Positions 8,435 through 20,844 of a stretch of 39,982 nt of DNA are shown here, one piece after another; position 1 is the stretch's first letter, and every line of letters starts with the position of its first letter. Both the position numbers and the translations under genes were made by a program. The notes beneath the pieces are model-generated. The model was not told the DNA's origin and ran no database searches. It saw only the letters and a program-made list of their open reading frames with translations. The stretch comes from Fibrobacteria bacterium (GTDB taxonomy: Bacteria > Fibrobacterota > Fibrobacteria > UBA11236), in the NCBI GenBank assembly GCA_041746255.1, contig JBGTHM010000119.1, positions 1 through 39,982 on the forward strand, written 5' to 3'.

Positions 8435-9949
8435 ATGGCTAGAATCCTGGACGATCTCTCCCGTACATTTTCGGAATATTTGCTGATACCCCGTTTGACC
8501 GGTAAGGAGCATTCTCCTCGCAACGTCACGCTCAAAACCCCCATCGCGCGCTTCAAGCGCGGCGAGTCTCCGCGTCTCTCCCTCAACATGCCCCTCGTCT
8601 CGGCCAGCATGCAGGCGGTTTCGGGTCCCGATATGGCCATCGCCCTCGCCCGTCAGGGAGGCTTGGCGTTTATTTTCTGCTCGCAATCCATCGAGTCGCA
8701 GGCGGCGATGATAGCCAAGGTAAAGGCCCATAAGGCCGGTTTCGTCAAAAGCGATTCCAATGTCAAGCCCGACGCGACCCTATCGGAGCTTCTCGAGGTG
8801 ATGAACCGCACGGGTCACTCCACCGTTGCCGTGACGGACGACGGCGGCAGTCATGGTCGTTTCGAAGGGATTATCACCGATAAGGATTTTTGGGAATTCG
8901 AAGATGATTTGGGAGGGTTGGTCCGCAACCACATGACTCCCCGTGAGCAGGTTTTTTTCGGCAAGGTGGGTGTCAGCCTGCGTGAGGCCAACACATTGCT
9001 CTATCGCCATAAGAAGGAATGTTTACCCATTCTCGAGTCGGATGGCCGGCTCAACTCGCTCGTCTTCAAAAAAGATTATGTCGACCATCAGAACAATCCT
9101 CTCGAAATGCTCGACTCCCGCAAACGGCTGGCCGCAGCCGCCGGCATCAATACCCACGATTACAAGGAACGTGTTCCCGCCCTGGTCGCGGCCGGGGCGG
9201 ATGTGCTGGCTTTCGACGCTTCCGATGGGTACAGCGAGTACCAGCGGGACGCCGCCTTATGGGTGCGCGAGAGATTCGGCGACAGCGTGGTGTTGGGAGG
9301 CGGCAACGTGGTGTCGGCCGAAGCTTTCCGCTATCTGGTGGAAAACGCCGATTTGGATTTCATCAAAGTGGGCATCGGTGGCGGCTCGATCTGTATTACT
9401 CGCGAACAAAAGGGTATCGGACGGGGACAGGCATCGGCCTTGATGGAAGTAACGGCGGAACGAAATCGTTATTTCGAAGAGACGGGAGTATACATCCCCA
9501 TCTGCTCCGACGGCGGCCTGGCCAACGATACCCAGATCATCATCGCGATGGCCATGGGCGCGGATTTCGTGATGATGGGCCGCTACTTCGCCATGACGGA
9601 TGAAAGCCCCACTCCCAAAGTCTCCATCCGGGGTAGGATGTACAAGCCCTATTGGGGAGAGGGTTCCAACCGCGCCCGAAATTGGCAACGGTATTCCGAA
9701 TCGGGAGGCTCGACGCGTCTGCAATTTGAAGAGGGTGTGGACGGGTATGTGCCCATTGTGGGTTCGGTGGACGAGGTCTTGGAAGTGACGCTGGGAAAAT
9801 TACGCTCGACCATGTGCAATGTGGGCGCTTTGACCATGCCGGAATTCACTGAGAACGCAGTGCTGACCCTGGTATCGGAACAGTCCATCGTTGAGGGAGG
9901 CACCTCGAATATCATCCGGGTGGACTCGAATTTCGACGACGACTCCTAA
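8435..9949 (+). CDS. guaB: Inosine-5'-monophosphate dehydrogenase with a CBS pair
   Basis: [19 protein letters not shown], catalytic loop [25 protein letters not shown], flap NWQRY and EEGVDGYVP. Confidence 0.95.
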   Translation: MARILDDLSRTFSEYLLIPRLTGKEHSPRNVTLKTPIARFKRGESPRLSLNMPLVSASMQAVSGPDMAIALARQGGLAFIFCSQSIESQAAMIAKVKAHKAGFVKSDSNVKPDATLSELLEVMNRTGHSTVAVTDDGGSHGRFEGIITDKDFWEFEDDLGGLVRNHMTPREQVFFGKVGVSLREANTLLYRHKKECLPILESDGRLNSLVFKKDYVDHQNNPLEMLDSRKRLAAAAGINTHDYKERVPALVAAGADVLAFDASDGYSEYQRDAALWVRERFGDSVVLGGGNVVSAEAFRYLVENADLDFIKVGIGGGSICITREQKGIGRGQASALMEVTAERNRYFEETGVYIPICSDGGLANDTQIIIAMAMGADFVMMGRYFAMTDESPTPKVSIRGRMYKPYWGEGSNRARNWQRYSESGGSTRLQFEEGVDGYVPIVGSVDEVLEVTLGKLRSTMCNVGALTMPEFTENAVLTLVSEQSIVEGGTSNIIRVDSNFDDDS

Positions 9950-9971
9950 TCAACATGTTCTCGGACAGAAA

Positions 9972-11372
9972 TCAGCCGGCTTGCGCGGCCGCCCGCTCCT
10001 CTTCCTCCAATCCATGCTCCTTTAATTTGCGCCACAAGGTGGAGCGGGATATGCCTAGCCGCCGGGAAGTTTCCGTGTAATTGTTGTTACAGATTTCCAA
10101 AGCCTTTTTAATATAGCGTTTTTCCAATTCCGCCAGGGTCATGAGGCTGACGTTGTCGATGGGAGGCCCGCCTTCGGCAGACTCCGATTTGGGTAGGGCG
10201 AAAAGGGGCCTGGGCCCGTTGGGATTAACCAGGTATTCCGGCAAATCCGCTAAAGTGATATATTCCCCTTCCGAAAGCGCAACGGCATGTTCGATGATAT
10301 TCTCGAGCTGCCGGATGTTACCCGGGTAATCGTAATTCATGAGGACGGCTTCCGCGTTTTTCGCCATTCCCTTGATATGCTTGCGATTGGCGGTGTTGCA
10401 CTTTTTGACGAAGGTGCGCACCAGATTGGGAATGGAGCTTTTACGTTCCCGCAGCGGAGGGAGCGTCAAATGGAAAATACTGAGCCGGTAATAGAGATCC
10501 TCCCGAAAGGACCCCGCCGCGATGGATTTGTGCAAATCCTTGTTGGTGGCGGCAATCACACGCACGTCCACATAGCGGGTTTCCGTATCGCCTACCCTGC
10601 GGATTTCCTTTTCTTGGAGAAACCGCAGCAATTTCACCTGGGTGGGAAGCGAGAGTTCTCCGACTTCGTCCAGGAATAGCGTGCCTTTGTCAGCGACTTC
10701 CAGCAGACCCTTCCTATCGGCGATGGCGCCTGTGTAGGATCCTTTGCGTGAGCCGAACAGTTCGGATTCCACCAGGTTTTCGGGTATGGCGCCGCAATTG
10801 ACGGCGACGAAATTCTCTTCGGATCGGCTGCTGAGCCGATGGATGATGTTCGCCAGGAATTCCTTGCCCGTTCCGCTTTCCCCCGACAATAGGATAGTGC
10901 TGTTGGTGGGAGCCACCTTGGTGACGGTTCGGAGGATTTTCTTCATGGCCGGAGAACTGCCCAGTACATCCTCGAGCAGGCGCTCTTCCAATACGCGCAC
11001 GTTTTTGCGGTTCAACGAGCGGGATACGGCCTTGAGGGCCAGCGTCTCCAGTAACTTTACATTGACGGGTTTGATGAGAAAGGAGTGGGCGCCCCGCTCC
11101 ACGGCCTGCTCGGCCTTTTGGGTGTCGCGCACGGTGGCCAATACGAAAGTTTCCACTCCCGGATTATGCTCACGGGCAAAATCGATGATGTCGAGGTTTT
11201 CGATGGTAAGTAGATCGGCGGAGACGAAAAGCGCGCCAATCCCCCCCTGGGTAAGCAGCCGGATGGCGTTGGCGCCTCCGTTGCTTTCCATCAATTCCGT
11301 GTCCCGCAGCGACCAGTTCGCAAAAACCTCTTTCTTGAGTTCGGAATCGGTGTCAAGGATGAGGATTTTCAT
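9972..11372 (-). CDS. Sigma54-dependent (NtrC/Fis-type) enhancer-binding protein with a degenerate receiver domain
   Basis: Walker A GESGTGKE, NCGAIPENLVESELFG, GSYTGA loop, Walker B TLFLDEVGE, FREDLYYRL, YPGNIRQL, C-terminal HTH LGISRSTLWRKL. Confidence 0.92.
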   Translation of the reverse strand: MKILILDTDSELKKEVFANWSLRDTELMESNGGANAIRLLTQGGIGALFVSADLLTIENLDIIDFAREHNPGVETFVLATVRDTQKAEQAVERGAHSFLIKPVNVKLLETLALKAVSRSLNRKNVRVLEERLLEDVLGSSPAMKKILRTVTKVAPTNSTILLSGESGTGKEFLANIIHRLSSRSEENFVAVNCGAIPENLVESELFGSRKGSYTGAIADRKGLLEVADKGTLFLDEVGELSLPTQVKLLRFLQEKEIRRVGDTETRYVDVRVIAATNKDLHKSIAAGSFREDLYYRLSIFHLTLPPLRERKSSIPNLVRTFVKKCNTANRKHIKGMAKNAEAVLMNYDYPGNIRQLENIIEHAVALSEGEYITLADLPEYLVNPNGPRPLFALPKSESAEGGPPIDNVSLMTLAELEKRYIKKALEICNNNYTETSRRLGISRSTLWRKLKEHGLEEEERAAAQAG

Positions 11373-11398
11373 AACGCGATGGGTTGCGGCCCTGGCGA

Positions 11399-12520
11399 CT
11401 AGGAGAAAATCGTTTTGGCCTTATCGAATAGGGACGGTTTGGGCTGTTCCTGGGATTGGATTTTTTCCAACTCCTGGAGCAATTCGGTTTCGCGGGAACT
11501 GAGACTAGTAGGGGTGAAAACATGGACTTTCACGTATTGGCTGCCGCGTCGTCCGCCGCTTAATTCCGGCAGGCCCTTATGGCGAAGCCGCAGCATTTTT
11601 TCGGATTGGGTGCCGGCGGGAATTTTCAGCTCCACTTCGCCGTCAATGGTTTTGACGCGCACTTCGCCTCCCAGAGCCACGGTGGTGAAAGGCACTTCCA
11701 CCTGGCAATAAAGATCGATTCCGCGACGCTCGAAATACTCGTCCTTGGTCTCTTTGATAATCACCAGCAAGTCACCCGATGGGCCGCCCTGCGGTCCGCG
11801 ATGTCCTTCGCCGCGCAAGGTGAGGTATTGTCCCTCCTCCACTCCCGCGGGAATGTCGATGGAAATGGTGACCTCTTCGAGTATCCGGCCTTCGCCATGG
11901 CAATTGGAGCATAACGACTGGATGGTGGATCCCATGCCCCGGCAATCGGGACAAGTCGCGACGTTTACGATTTGTCCGAAGAAAGAGCTTTGTACTTGTC
12001 GGACCTGCCCGACACCGCCGCAGGTTTTGCAGGTTTGTTTGCCCGTACCGCCGGCTCCGGCGCACGAACCGCATTTGTTATAGCGCTTCAGTTTGACTTT
12101 CTTCGTCACTCCCTGGGCGACTTCGCTCAAGTCGACTTCCAGGGCGATTTGCAAATCCTGTCCGCGGGGAGGACCGGATCGGGCTCTGCCCCCGCGACCG
12201 GCACGGCCAAAGGCGTCGCCTCCGAAAATATCCCCGAAAGCGCTGAAGATATCCTCGAAATTATTGAAGCCCTCGGAGGATCCCATGCCGCCTTGCATGC
12301 CGGCGTGGCCAAAACGGTCGTATTGGGCGCGCTTCTGGGTGTCGCTCAATACCCCGTAAGCTTCCGCGGCTTCCTTGAATTTTTCTTCGGCTTGGGTATC
12401 GCCGGGATTCTTATCGGGATGGAATTTTACGGCCAGCTTTTTATATGCAGTTTTAATGACCACTACGTCTGCATCCCGCGGCACACCCAGCACTTCGTAA
12501 TAATCTTTTTTACTCGACAT
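11399..12520 (-). CDS. dnaJ: Chaperone DnaJ
   Basis: J-domain with HPD, G/F region, four CxxCxGxG zinc-finger repeats. Confidence 0.98.
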   Translation of the reverse strand: MSSKKDYYEVLGVPRDADVVVIKTAYKKLAVKFHPDKNPGDTQAEEKFKEAAEAYGVLSDTQKRAQYDRFGHAGMQGGMGSSEGFNNFEDIFSAFGDIFGGDAFGRAGRGGRARSGPPRGQDLQIALEVDLSEVAQGVTKKVKLKRYNKCGSCAGAGGTGKQTCKTCGGVGQVRQVQSSFFGQIVNVATCPDCRGMGSTIQSLCSNCHGEGRILEEVTISIDIPAGVEEGQYLTLRGEGHRGPQGGPSGDLLVIIKETKDEYFERRGIDLYCQVEVPFTTVALGGEVRVKTIDGEVELKIPAGTQSEKMLRLRHKGLPELSGGRRGSQYVKVHVFTPTSLSSRETELLQELEKIQSQEQPKPSLFDKAKTIFS

Positions 12521-12539
12521 AGTTCACCTTACACAACAC

Positions 12540-12608
12540 GGGGATGGAAACGTCGGAATGGAAACGGGACGCCCACGCGATCGGCGTGGGGTCCGTATTT
12601 TCATCCCG
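12540..12608 (-). promoter_or_regulatory. Stable hairpin in the dnaK-dnaJ intergenic region (possible terminator/attenuator or stabiliser)
   Basis: Stem CCCACGC-GATCG-GCGTGGG extended by GGAC/GTCC and by GGGATGGAAA/TTTTCATCCC. Confidence 0.4.
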
Positions 12609-12649
12609 GTTAAATCTAATCCGAAAAGGGTTTAAAGACCCGAGGTGGC

Positions 12650-14584
12650 CTAATCGACCACCTCATAATCGGCGTCAACCGCATTGTCCTTACCTTTATC
12701 CTTCTTCTTCGATCCATCGGCATCGGGAGCTTCGCCTCCCTCGCCCGCAGCTGCTCCGCCACCGGCTTGCGCGCTTTCGGCGGCGGCTTTGTACATGGCT
12801 TCGGAAAGTTTGTGCGACGATTCCTCCACCTTGCGGATGGCCGTGCGTATGCCCTCGAGATCGTCCGAGCCCTGGATTTTTTTCAGGTCGGCTACGGCCG
12901 CTTCGATGGCCTCCTTATCGGAAGCCGGAACCTTGTCGCCATGCTCCTTGAGTAGCTTCTCGGTGCTATAGACCAGATTCTCGGCCTGGTTGTGCACTTC
13001 GGCCTTTTCCTTCTCGATTTTATCGAGTTCGGCATTGGCCTCGGCTTCTTGTACCATGCGCTGGATTTGTTCCTCGGAAAGTCCCGAAGAGGCTTCGAGG
13101 CGAATCTTCTGTTCTTTGCCCGTAGCCTTATCCTTGGCGCTCACGTGCACGATGCCGTTCGCATCGATGTCAAAGGTGACTTCGATTTGCGGCAGCCCAC
13201 GCGGAGAGGCGGGAATACCCGTCAACTCGAATTTGCCGAGCGTGCGGTTGTGACGCGCCATTTCACGCTCACCTTGCAAGACATGAATGCTAACCGCCGT
13301 TTGATTGTCTTCGGCGGTGGAAAAGATTTGGCTCTTACGCGTCGGAACCGTGGTATTGCGCTCGATGAGTTTGGTCATGACTCCGCCCAGGGTTTCGATT
13401 CCCAGGGACAAAGGAGTTACGTCGAGCAGGAGCACGTCCTTCACCGAAGATTCGCCCGCGAGGACGCCGGCCTGGACTGCGGCTCCGATAGCCACAACTT
13501 CATCAGGGTTCACTCCCTTGTGGGGTTCCTTACCGAAAAATTCCTTGACCTTGTCCTGTATGGCCGGAATTCGTGTGGAACCGCCGACCAGGATGACCTC
13601 ATCGATGTCACCGGTGGTTTTACCGGCGTCTTTAAGGGCCTGGATGCAGGGTTGAATGCTCTTTTCCACCAATTCCAGTGTAAGTTGGTCGAATTTGGCG
13701 CGGGTGAGCGTCAAATCGAGATGTTTGGGCCCGCTCGCATCGGCCGTTATGAACGGCAGGTTGATGGTGGTGCTGGTGGTGCCCGATAAATCGATTTTAG
13801 CCTTCTCGGCGGCTTCCTTTAGACGTTGCAACGCCATGCGGTCGCCACGCAAGTCAATACCCTGTTCACGCTTGAACTCCGAGGCGATCCAGTCGATAAC
13901 GGCTTGGTCGAAGTCGTCGCCACCCAAATGCGTATTACCATTGGTGGCTTTTACCTCGAATACTCCGTCGCCGATTTCCAGGATGGAAATATCGAATGTG
14001 CCTCCACCCAAATCGTATACGGCGATGGTTTCGCTTTTTTTCTTGTCGAGGCCGTAGGCCAGCGCCGCGGCGGTGGGCTCGTTCACGATGCGCAGTACTT
14101 CAAGACCGGAGATACGGCCCGCATCCTTGGTGGCCTGGCGCTGGGAGTCGTTGAAGTAGGCGGGTACGGTTACCACCGCCTGGGTCACTTCTTCGCCAAG
14201 ATAATCTTCTGCGATTTTTTTCATGGCCTGGAGAACCATGGCCGAGATTTCCGGTGGAGTATATCGCTTGCCCATGATTTCCACCGATACGGGATCGGCT
14301 GCCGTGCCGACGACCTTATAGGGAACGCGTTTCTCTTCCGACTCCACTTCGCTATGGGTGCGTCCCATGAAACGTTTGATGGAATAAACCGTGTTTTCCG
14401 CGTTGGTAATGGCTTGCCGCTTGGCTACCTGTCCCACCAGCCGCTCGCCGCCCTTGGTGAAGGCCACGATGGACGGGGTGGTGCGCGCACCTTCCGCGTT
14501 GGGAATGACGGTTGGTTTTCCGCCTTCCATAACCGCAACGCATGAGTTGGTGGTTCCTAAGTCGATTCCGATGATTTTGCCCAT
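12650..14584 (-). CDS. dnaK: Chaperone DnaK (Hsp70)
   Basis: [42 protein letters not shown]-terminus VDADYEVVD. Confidence 0.99.
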   Translation of the reverse strand: MGKIIGIDLGTTNSCVAVMEGGKPTVIPNAEGARTTPSIVAFTKGGERLVGQVAKRQAITNAENTVYSIKRFMGRTHSEVESEEKRVPYKVVGTAADPVSVEIMGKRYTPPEISAMVLQAMKKIAEDYLGEEVTQAVVTVPAYFNDSQRQATKDAGRISGLEVLRIVNEPTAAALAYGLDKKKSETIAVYDLGGGTFDISILEIGDGVFEVKATNGNTHLGGDDFDQAVIDWIASEFKREQGIDLRGDRMALQRLKEAAEKAKIDLSGTTSTTINLPFITADASGPKHLDLTLTRAKFDQLTLELVEKSIQPCIQALKDAGKTTGDIDEVILVGGSTRIPAIQDKVKEFFGKEPHKGVNPDEVVAIGAAVQAGVLAGESSVKDVLLLDVTPLSLGIETLGGVMTKLIERNTTVPTRKSQIFSTAEDNQTAVSIHVLQGEREMARHNRTLGKFELTGIPASPRGLPQIEVTFDIDANGIVHVSAKDKATGKEQKIRLEASSGLSEEQIQRMVQEAEANAELDKIEKEKAEVHNQAENLVYSTEKLLKEHGDKVPASDKEAIEAAVADLKKIQGSDDLEGIRTAIRKVEESSHKLSEAMYKAAAESAQAGGGAAAGEGGEAPDADGSKKKDKGKDNAVDADYEVVD

Positions 14585-14614
14585 GATGTTCCCTTTCGTT
14601 TTCCTTTTCTTTTG

Positions 14615-15172
14615 CTAATCCTGGCCGCTGCCCTGGGAGACGATGACCTTGGCATGTTTGATGACTTTCGCCTTGACCTTATAGCCTTTTTGCAATACCT
14701 GAATGACATGATTCTCCGGAATTTCCGGATGCGGCTGTTGCATCAGCGCCTCATGCAGGTTCGGGTCGAATTGCGCTCCCACGGGTTCAAGTTCTTCCAA
14801 GCCCTCCTCTTCCAACACTTGCTTGAATTTGTTGAAGATGAGATGGACTCCTTTTTCAAAATCTTCCAATTTTTCCGCCTTGAGACGGGGGTCGAACGCC
14901 AGGTAAAAATTGTCGAGCACCTCGGTGAGTTTGGCGATGAGCTTGTTGTTGGCCGTGGCCTCCAATTCAAAGCGCTCCTTGGCGGTGCGGCGGCGGAAAT
15001 TCTCGAACTCGGCGTACATGCGGAGGTATTTATCCTTGAGTTCGGCGTTCTCCTTAACCAAATCCCGCTCGGCTGTGGCGCCCTGGGCTTCGGTGGACAA
15101 CTCTTCCGTTTCCCGCGCTTCCGATAGCAGCTCTTCGGCTTCGGTTTGTCCGTTATTTTCTGTTTGTGACAT
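14615..15172 (-). CDS. grpE: Nucleotide exchange factor GrpE
   Basis: YLRMYAEFENFRRR, FDPNLHEAL, QKGY; between hrcA and dnaK. Confidence 0.97.
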   Translation of the reverse strand: MSQTENNGQTEAEELLSEARETEELSTEAQGATAERDLVKENAELKDKYLRMYAEFENFRRRTAKERFELEATANNKLIAKLTEVLDNFYLAFDPRLKAEKLEDFEKGVHLIFNKFKQVLEEEGLEELEPVGAQFDPNLHEALMQQPHPEIPENHVIQVLQKGYKVKAKVIKHAKVIVSQGSGQD

Positions 15173-15190
15173 GGATCCTCTTTTTACCCT

Positions 15191-16240
15191 TTAGGATTTC
15201 TCTTGCGCGGCATGCATTCTCGTAAGTGACTTGGCCGCGTAGTCCACCAAGGGGATGACTTTCGCATAAGGCATACGCTTGGGGCCGATTACGCCGACGA
15301 TTCCCGATGCCTTGCCTTGCTTATAGGTGGAAGTGATGGCAGCGACGGAACGGAAGGTCTTCCCATTTTCGATTTCTTCGCCTATGGTCACTTGCACTCC
15401 ATCTCTATGGCTCAAATCACGCAAAAATCGTACCAGGATATCTCGGGATTCAAGCATGTCGAGAATAGGGGCAAGAGCCTCAAATTTTTCAAATTCAGGC
15501 TGCATAAGCATGTTTTTGGTACCAAAATACTGCATCGCGTTTTCCAGTTGCTCTCGGATTAGTTTCGAAATGGAACGATCCAAAAATTGGATAGCGCGTA
15601 AATCTTCCGTGGAAATTTGATTTTGGCTTTCGCTGCGCAAGTAAGTGTTCAAAAATGAAACGGGCTTTCCTTTCATCAAAACATTAACTTTTCGGGCAAT
15701 GGCTTCCAACCGGTAAATGGAGGTATCTATCGCGTTTTCCAGTAAAAGCGTTCGAAAGACCATTTCCGAAGCCGAAAGCACCAACATGATTTTGGTTTCC
15801 GCCACGGGCACGAGCGAAATCTGTTCGAATGCCTCTTCTTGGAAGGAAGGGGATAGCGAAAGACCCAGCAAATTGGTAAGCCGCCCTAATACCTTGGCGA
15901 TTTGCGCCATAATCTCGTTATCATCGCCTTCCCGGACAATTTCCCTATCGATGCACTGCTTTTCCTGCAAAGTGCTTTCTTCGAAATGCACCAACTCATT
16001 TACATAGGCGCGATAGCCTCTATCGGTGGGCCTGCGCCCGGCGGAGGTATGGGGCTGTTCCAAATAGCCCAGCTCTTCCAATTCGGCCATGGTATTGCGA
16101 ATGGTGGCGGCGCTGGCGTCGAATCGGGGGTTCTGACTGATAATTTTAGAAGAGATCGGTTCCGCTTTTTGGACATATTCGTCGACGATGGCCGCTAGGA
16201 CCCACTTTTGTCTTCCACTTAAAGCGGCTTCCGGAAACAT
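15191..16240 (-). CDS. hrcA: Heat-inducible transcription repressor HrcA
   Basis: LAAIVDEYV..EPISSK, ATIRNTMAELEELGYLEQPHTSAGRRPTDRGYR, GVIGPKRMPY. Confidence 0.97.
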   Translation of the reverse strand: MFPEAALSGRQKWVLAAIVDEYVQKAEPISSKIISQNPRFDASAATIRNTMAELEELGYLEQPHTSAGRRPTDRGYRAYVNELVHFEESTLQEKQCIDREIVREGDDNEIMAQIAKVLGRLTNLLGLSLSPSFQEEAFEQISLVPVAETKIMLVLSASEMVFRTLLLENAIDTSIYRLEAIARKVNVLMKGKPVSFLNTYLRSESQNQISTEDLRAIQFLDRSISKLIREQLENAMQYFGTKNMLMQPEFEKFEALAPILDMLESRDILVRFLRDLSHRDGVQVTIGEEIENGKTFRSVAAITSTYKQGKASGIVGVIGPKRMPYAKVIPLVDYAAKSLTRMHAAQEKS

Positions 16241-16261
16241 TCGATTCGTACTCCTGATGGC

Positions 16262-16297
16262 AAAAAGTCCCCCGACCTTCTAACAGCCGGGGGACTT
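16262..16297 (-). terminator. Intrinsic terminator-like hairpin between groEL and hrcA
   Basis: Minus strand AAGTCCCCCGG-loop-TCGGGGGACTTTTT. A second small hairpin GGGCGC-GCAAA-GCGCCC lies at 16319-16335. Confidence 0.75.
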
Positions 16298-16343
16298 CGC
16301 TTGGATTGGGGAAAGCAAGGGCGCGCAAAGCGCCCCGGCAGCA

Positions 16344-18331
<1,988 letters not shown>

Positions 18332-18368
18332 GGTTTTTTCTCCTTCTAGTACATGGATTCTTGTTCTT

Positions 18369-18395
18369 TTAGCACTCTCGCGGGGAGTGTGCTAA
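18369..18395 (-). promoter_or_regulatory. CIRCE element (HrcA operator) upstream of groES
   Basis: Plus strand TTAGCACTC-TCGCGGGGA-GTGTGCTAA, one mismatch to TTAGCACTC-N9-GAGTGCTAA. Confidence 0.93.
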
Positions 18396-18406
18396 AGTTT
18401 GGGCAA

Positions 18407-18435
18407 AATATAAGGAGGTTGAAAGCTCGAATCAA
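18407..18435 (-). promoter_or_regulatory. Sigma70-type promoter for groES
   Basis: Minus strand TTGATT-17 nt-TATATT, ending 11 nt upstream of the CIRCE. Confidence 0.7.
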
Positions 18436-18547
18436 GTAAATGGGAGCAAATCGAGTTAAAAAGATCGAACTTTGTTCCATTTTGAAACTCTCTGCCCCTT
18501 TTACCCGGTTTTTTCAGGTTAACGGCTTTATCTATTTTGGGTGCCGC

Positions 18548-20236
18548 ATGATTAAGGTTCTCTTTCCGCAGATTTCCTGGCCAAAATTTGCATCCCTGAC
18601 CCAGGACTTTTCCAGCACGCACCGGCGATTCATGTGGGCGAATTCGCTCTTGGCGCTGGCCGTAGCGGGGCTGGAAGGTTTTTTCGTTTTGTTGGGGCGC
18701 CGGGTTCTGGAGGGATCCGCAAATCCGCTTCACATCCTGGCGGCATTGGTGGCGATAGCCGCCTTGCGCGCGGGATTGCAGGCTTCGCAGGCCGGTATGG
18801 AAATACGCGCCCTGGGAGCTTGGTTGCAGGAAAAACGCCGAAACCTTATGCAAACCTTGCAGAATTCCTCCGCTCCGATCTACCGCTCCTCGCAGGCGAG
18901 GACTTTTTCCGGCGATCTCACCGAAGGATTGGAAAATTGCGCCCAAGGCATCGCTTCCTATTTGAAATGCCGCGGAGCGGCGCTGCATGTTTTGGCTTTT
19001 GTGCCGCTGCTTATTCTGGTTTCCTGGAAAGGGGGGGCTTTGGCGGCTCTTTTCATTTTACCGGCTGCGGCGGCTTCGCGATTCAAAGCTGCTCGACTGG
19101 CGGTTCTCGAGAAAGACTGGAGCCACGCGCGGCACCGAATAGAGCTCGAGGGCGAAAGTTGGGCGGAATCCCTCGAAAGCATGGCAGGTAACGGATTGGT
19201 TCGGCAACGGGGTGAGGGGTTGTTGACGCGTATCGGCGAGCTGCGAAAACCGGGATGGATTTGGGATTTGCAACGACTCATCTTTCCGCATCTGATGGAA
19301 CTCTACCTGTTTATCCTGCTCGCCGTTCTCATCGCATTGGCCGTCGCCTGGGATGGAGGACTTGCGGGAGGGGGTGCGCATTTTCTTCCCTTCGCTTTTT
19401 TGATGCTTCTGCTTTACCGACCTGTAAGGGAATGGGCTCGCCATTATCCCCTTTACTTGCAGGGCCAGGCCCGTTGGCAAAGCCATGCAGCCCTGATCGA
19501 CCGTATCACCTCAGTTACGGCGCCGGCGCGGACTGCGCCCGCACAAGACGAATTCATTTCCATAAGGGGGCTGTATTTTTCCTATGGCGTACCAACCCGC
19601 CCGCAGGAACCCTCTCCAAAAAATCCGGGGGTATTCGCGGATCTCGATCTCGAATTGGACACACGTAACGCGGTCTTGCTTTGCGGCCCCAATGGCGCAG
19701 GCAAAACCACCTTGCTCAGGCTGCTGTCTGGGTTGGAAATCCCCGACCGGGGAATCATCCGGTATCCGGAAGCCTTGCTTCACCAGGGTAAACCGAACCT
19801 TACCTATTTGCCCCAACGTCCGGTTTTGGACGCGGGAATGCTGGAGGATTTGCACATTTTCCTCAAGGCCGATAAAGACCAAGGGCAAAAGTTAACGCAA
19901 TTATTGGGACTGGATTCCCTGCTGGCAAAGGCGGGCGCAGCTGGGGATGCCTATGCTTCCCTGTTTCCCGGCGCCGGTCTTTCCGGAGGCGAAAGACAAA
20001 GGCTGCGACTGGCCTGGGCGTTTTCCAGATCACGACCCTGGCTGCTACTCGATGAACCGACCACGGGGCTTCCGGGTGGGGAGAGGGAAGCAATCTTTTC
20101 GGGTCTACTGGATTTCCGTCGGAAACTTTGCCCTCATCGACATGGAGTGTTGCTGGTTTCGCATGAGCCCGGGCTTGCGCGGCTGTGCGCGCAAACCGTT
20201 AAGCTGGACGGCGTTCCCGAAAAGGAAACGGCGTGA
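18548..20236 (+). CDS. ABC exporter, fused TMD-NBD (divergent MsbA-like)
   Basis: N-terminal TM helices; Walker A GPNGAGKTT, Q-loop YLPQ, signature LSGGERQR, Walker B LLLDEPT, H-loop VSHE. Start uncertain (18548 or 18632). Confidence 0.8.
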   Translation: MIKVLFPQISWPKFASLTQDFSSTHRRFMWANSLLALAVAGLEGFFVLLGRRVLEGSANPLHILAALVAIAALRAGLQASQAGMEIRALGAWLQEKRRNLMQTLQNSSAPIYRSSQARTFSGDLTEGLENCAQGIASYLKCRGAALHVLAFVPLLILVSWKGGALAALFILPAAAASRFKAARLAVLEKDWSHARHRIELEGESWAESLESMAGNGLVRQRGEGLLTRIGELRKPGWIWDLQRLIFPHLMELYLFILLAVLIALAVAWDGGLAGGGAHFLPFAFLMLLLYRPVREWARHYPLYLQGQARWQSHAALIDRITSVTAPARTAPAQDEFISIRGLYFSYGVPTRPQEPSPKNPGVFADLDLELDTRNAVLLCGPNGAGKTTLLRLLSGLEIPDRGIIRYPEALLHQGKPNLTYLPQRPVLDAGMLEDLHIFLKADKDQGQKLTQLLGLDSLLAKAGAAGDAYASLFPGAGLSGGERQRLRLAWAFSRSRPWLLLDEPTTGLPGGEREAIFSGLLDFRRKLCPHRHGVLLVSHEPGLARLCAQTVKLDGVPEKETA

Positions 20237-20844
20237 AAGCCGCGGAGGCCTATTTCGGTGGCCGGGGTTATGTGCTGGGAGCTTTATGGGCCGCACTCCT
20301 TCTCGGCCGAGTCCATTCCTTCGCTCCCCTGCGACCCTTGGCGCTGGTCCCCGTAGCGGCCGGATTTTTTCTGCGGCTATGGGCTTCCCGGTATATCGGC
20401 GCCCACAGCAACGGCATGGTAATGGCGCCCGGCCGGGGTCTCTCGGACGAGGCAACGGCGGCGGGCGGGATGGCCACGGGCGGCCCTTATGCCTTAATGC
20501 GCCACCCGCTTTACCTTTCCAACCTGTTGGTGGCCTCTGGAGCGATTTATTTCGCCAACAGCGGTAGGACACGCGGCCGCTTGGCCTTGCTTACGGCGGT
20601 GTCTTCGCACCATTTGTTGCTGGTTCGGGTGGAAGAGCGCTACCTCTGGAAAACCCTGGGAGAAATTTATGCGCGGTATCGCGAGGTAACTCCTTTGTTA
20701 CCGGGAATCGGAGGCGGGTCCGGGTTCTCCCAGGCGGGGCCCGCTCCCTTCTCGTGGCGCGAAGCCTTCGCTCGTCAGGGAGGCAATCTCGCTCGGGCTT
20801 GCGCGGCTATAGCGATATTGGCGGCGGCACGATGGCGGCGTTGA
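20233..20844 (+). CDS. Isoprenylcysteine carboxyl methyltransferase (ICMT/PEMT) family membrane methyltransferase
   Basis: LRLWASRYIG, ATGGPYALMRHPLYLSN, EERYLWKTLGEIYARYREVTP; GTGA overlap with the ABC gene. Confidence 0.85.
   Translation: MKAAEAYFGGRGYVLGALWAALLLGRVHSFAPLRPLALVPVAAGFFLRLWASRYIGAHSNGMVMAPGRGLSDEATAAGGMATGGPYALMRHPLYLSNLLVASGAIYFANSGRTRGRLALLTAVSSHHLLLVRVEERYLWKTLGEIYARYREVTPLLPGIGGGSGFSQAGPAPFSWREAFARQGGNLARACAAIAILAAARWRR

Noticed and set aside
12684..14618. Long plus-strand ORFs opposite dnaK (e.g. 12992-13789, 13826-14545)
   Set aside because: Antisense shadows caused by the codon bias of a highly expressed GC-rich gene.
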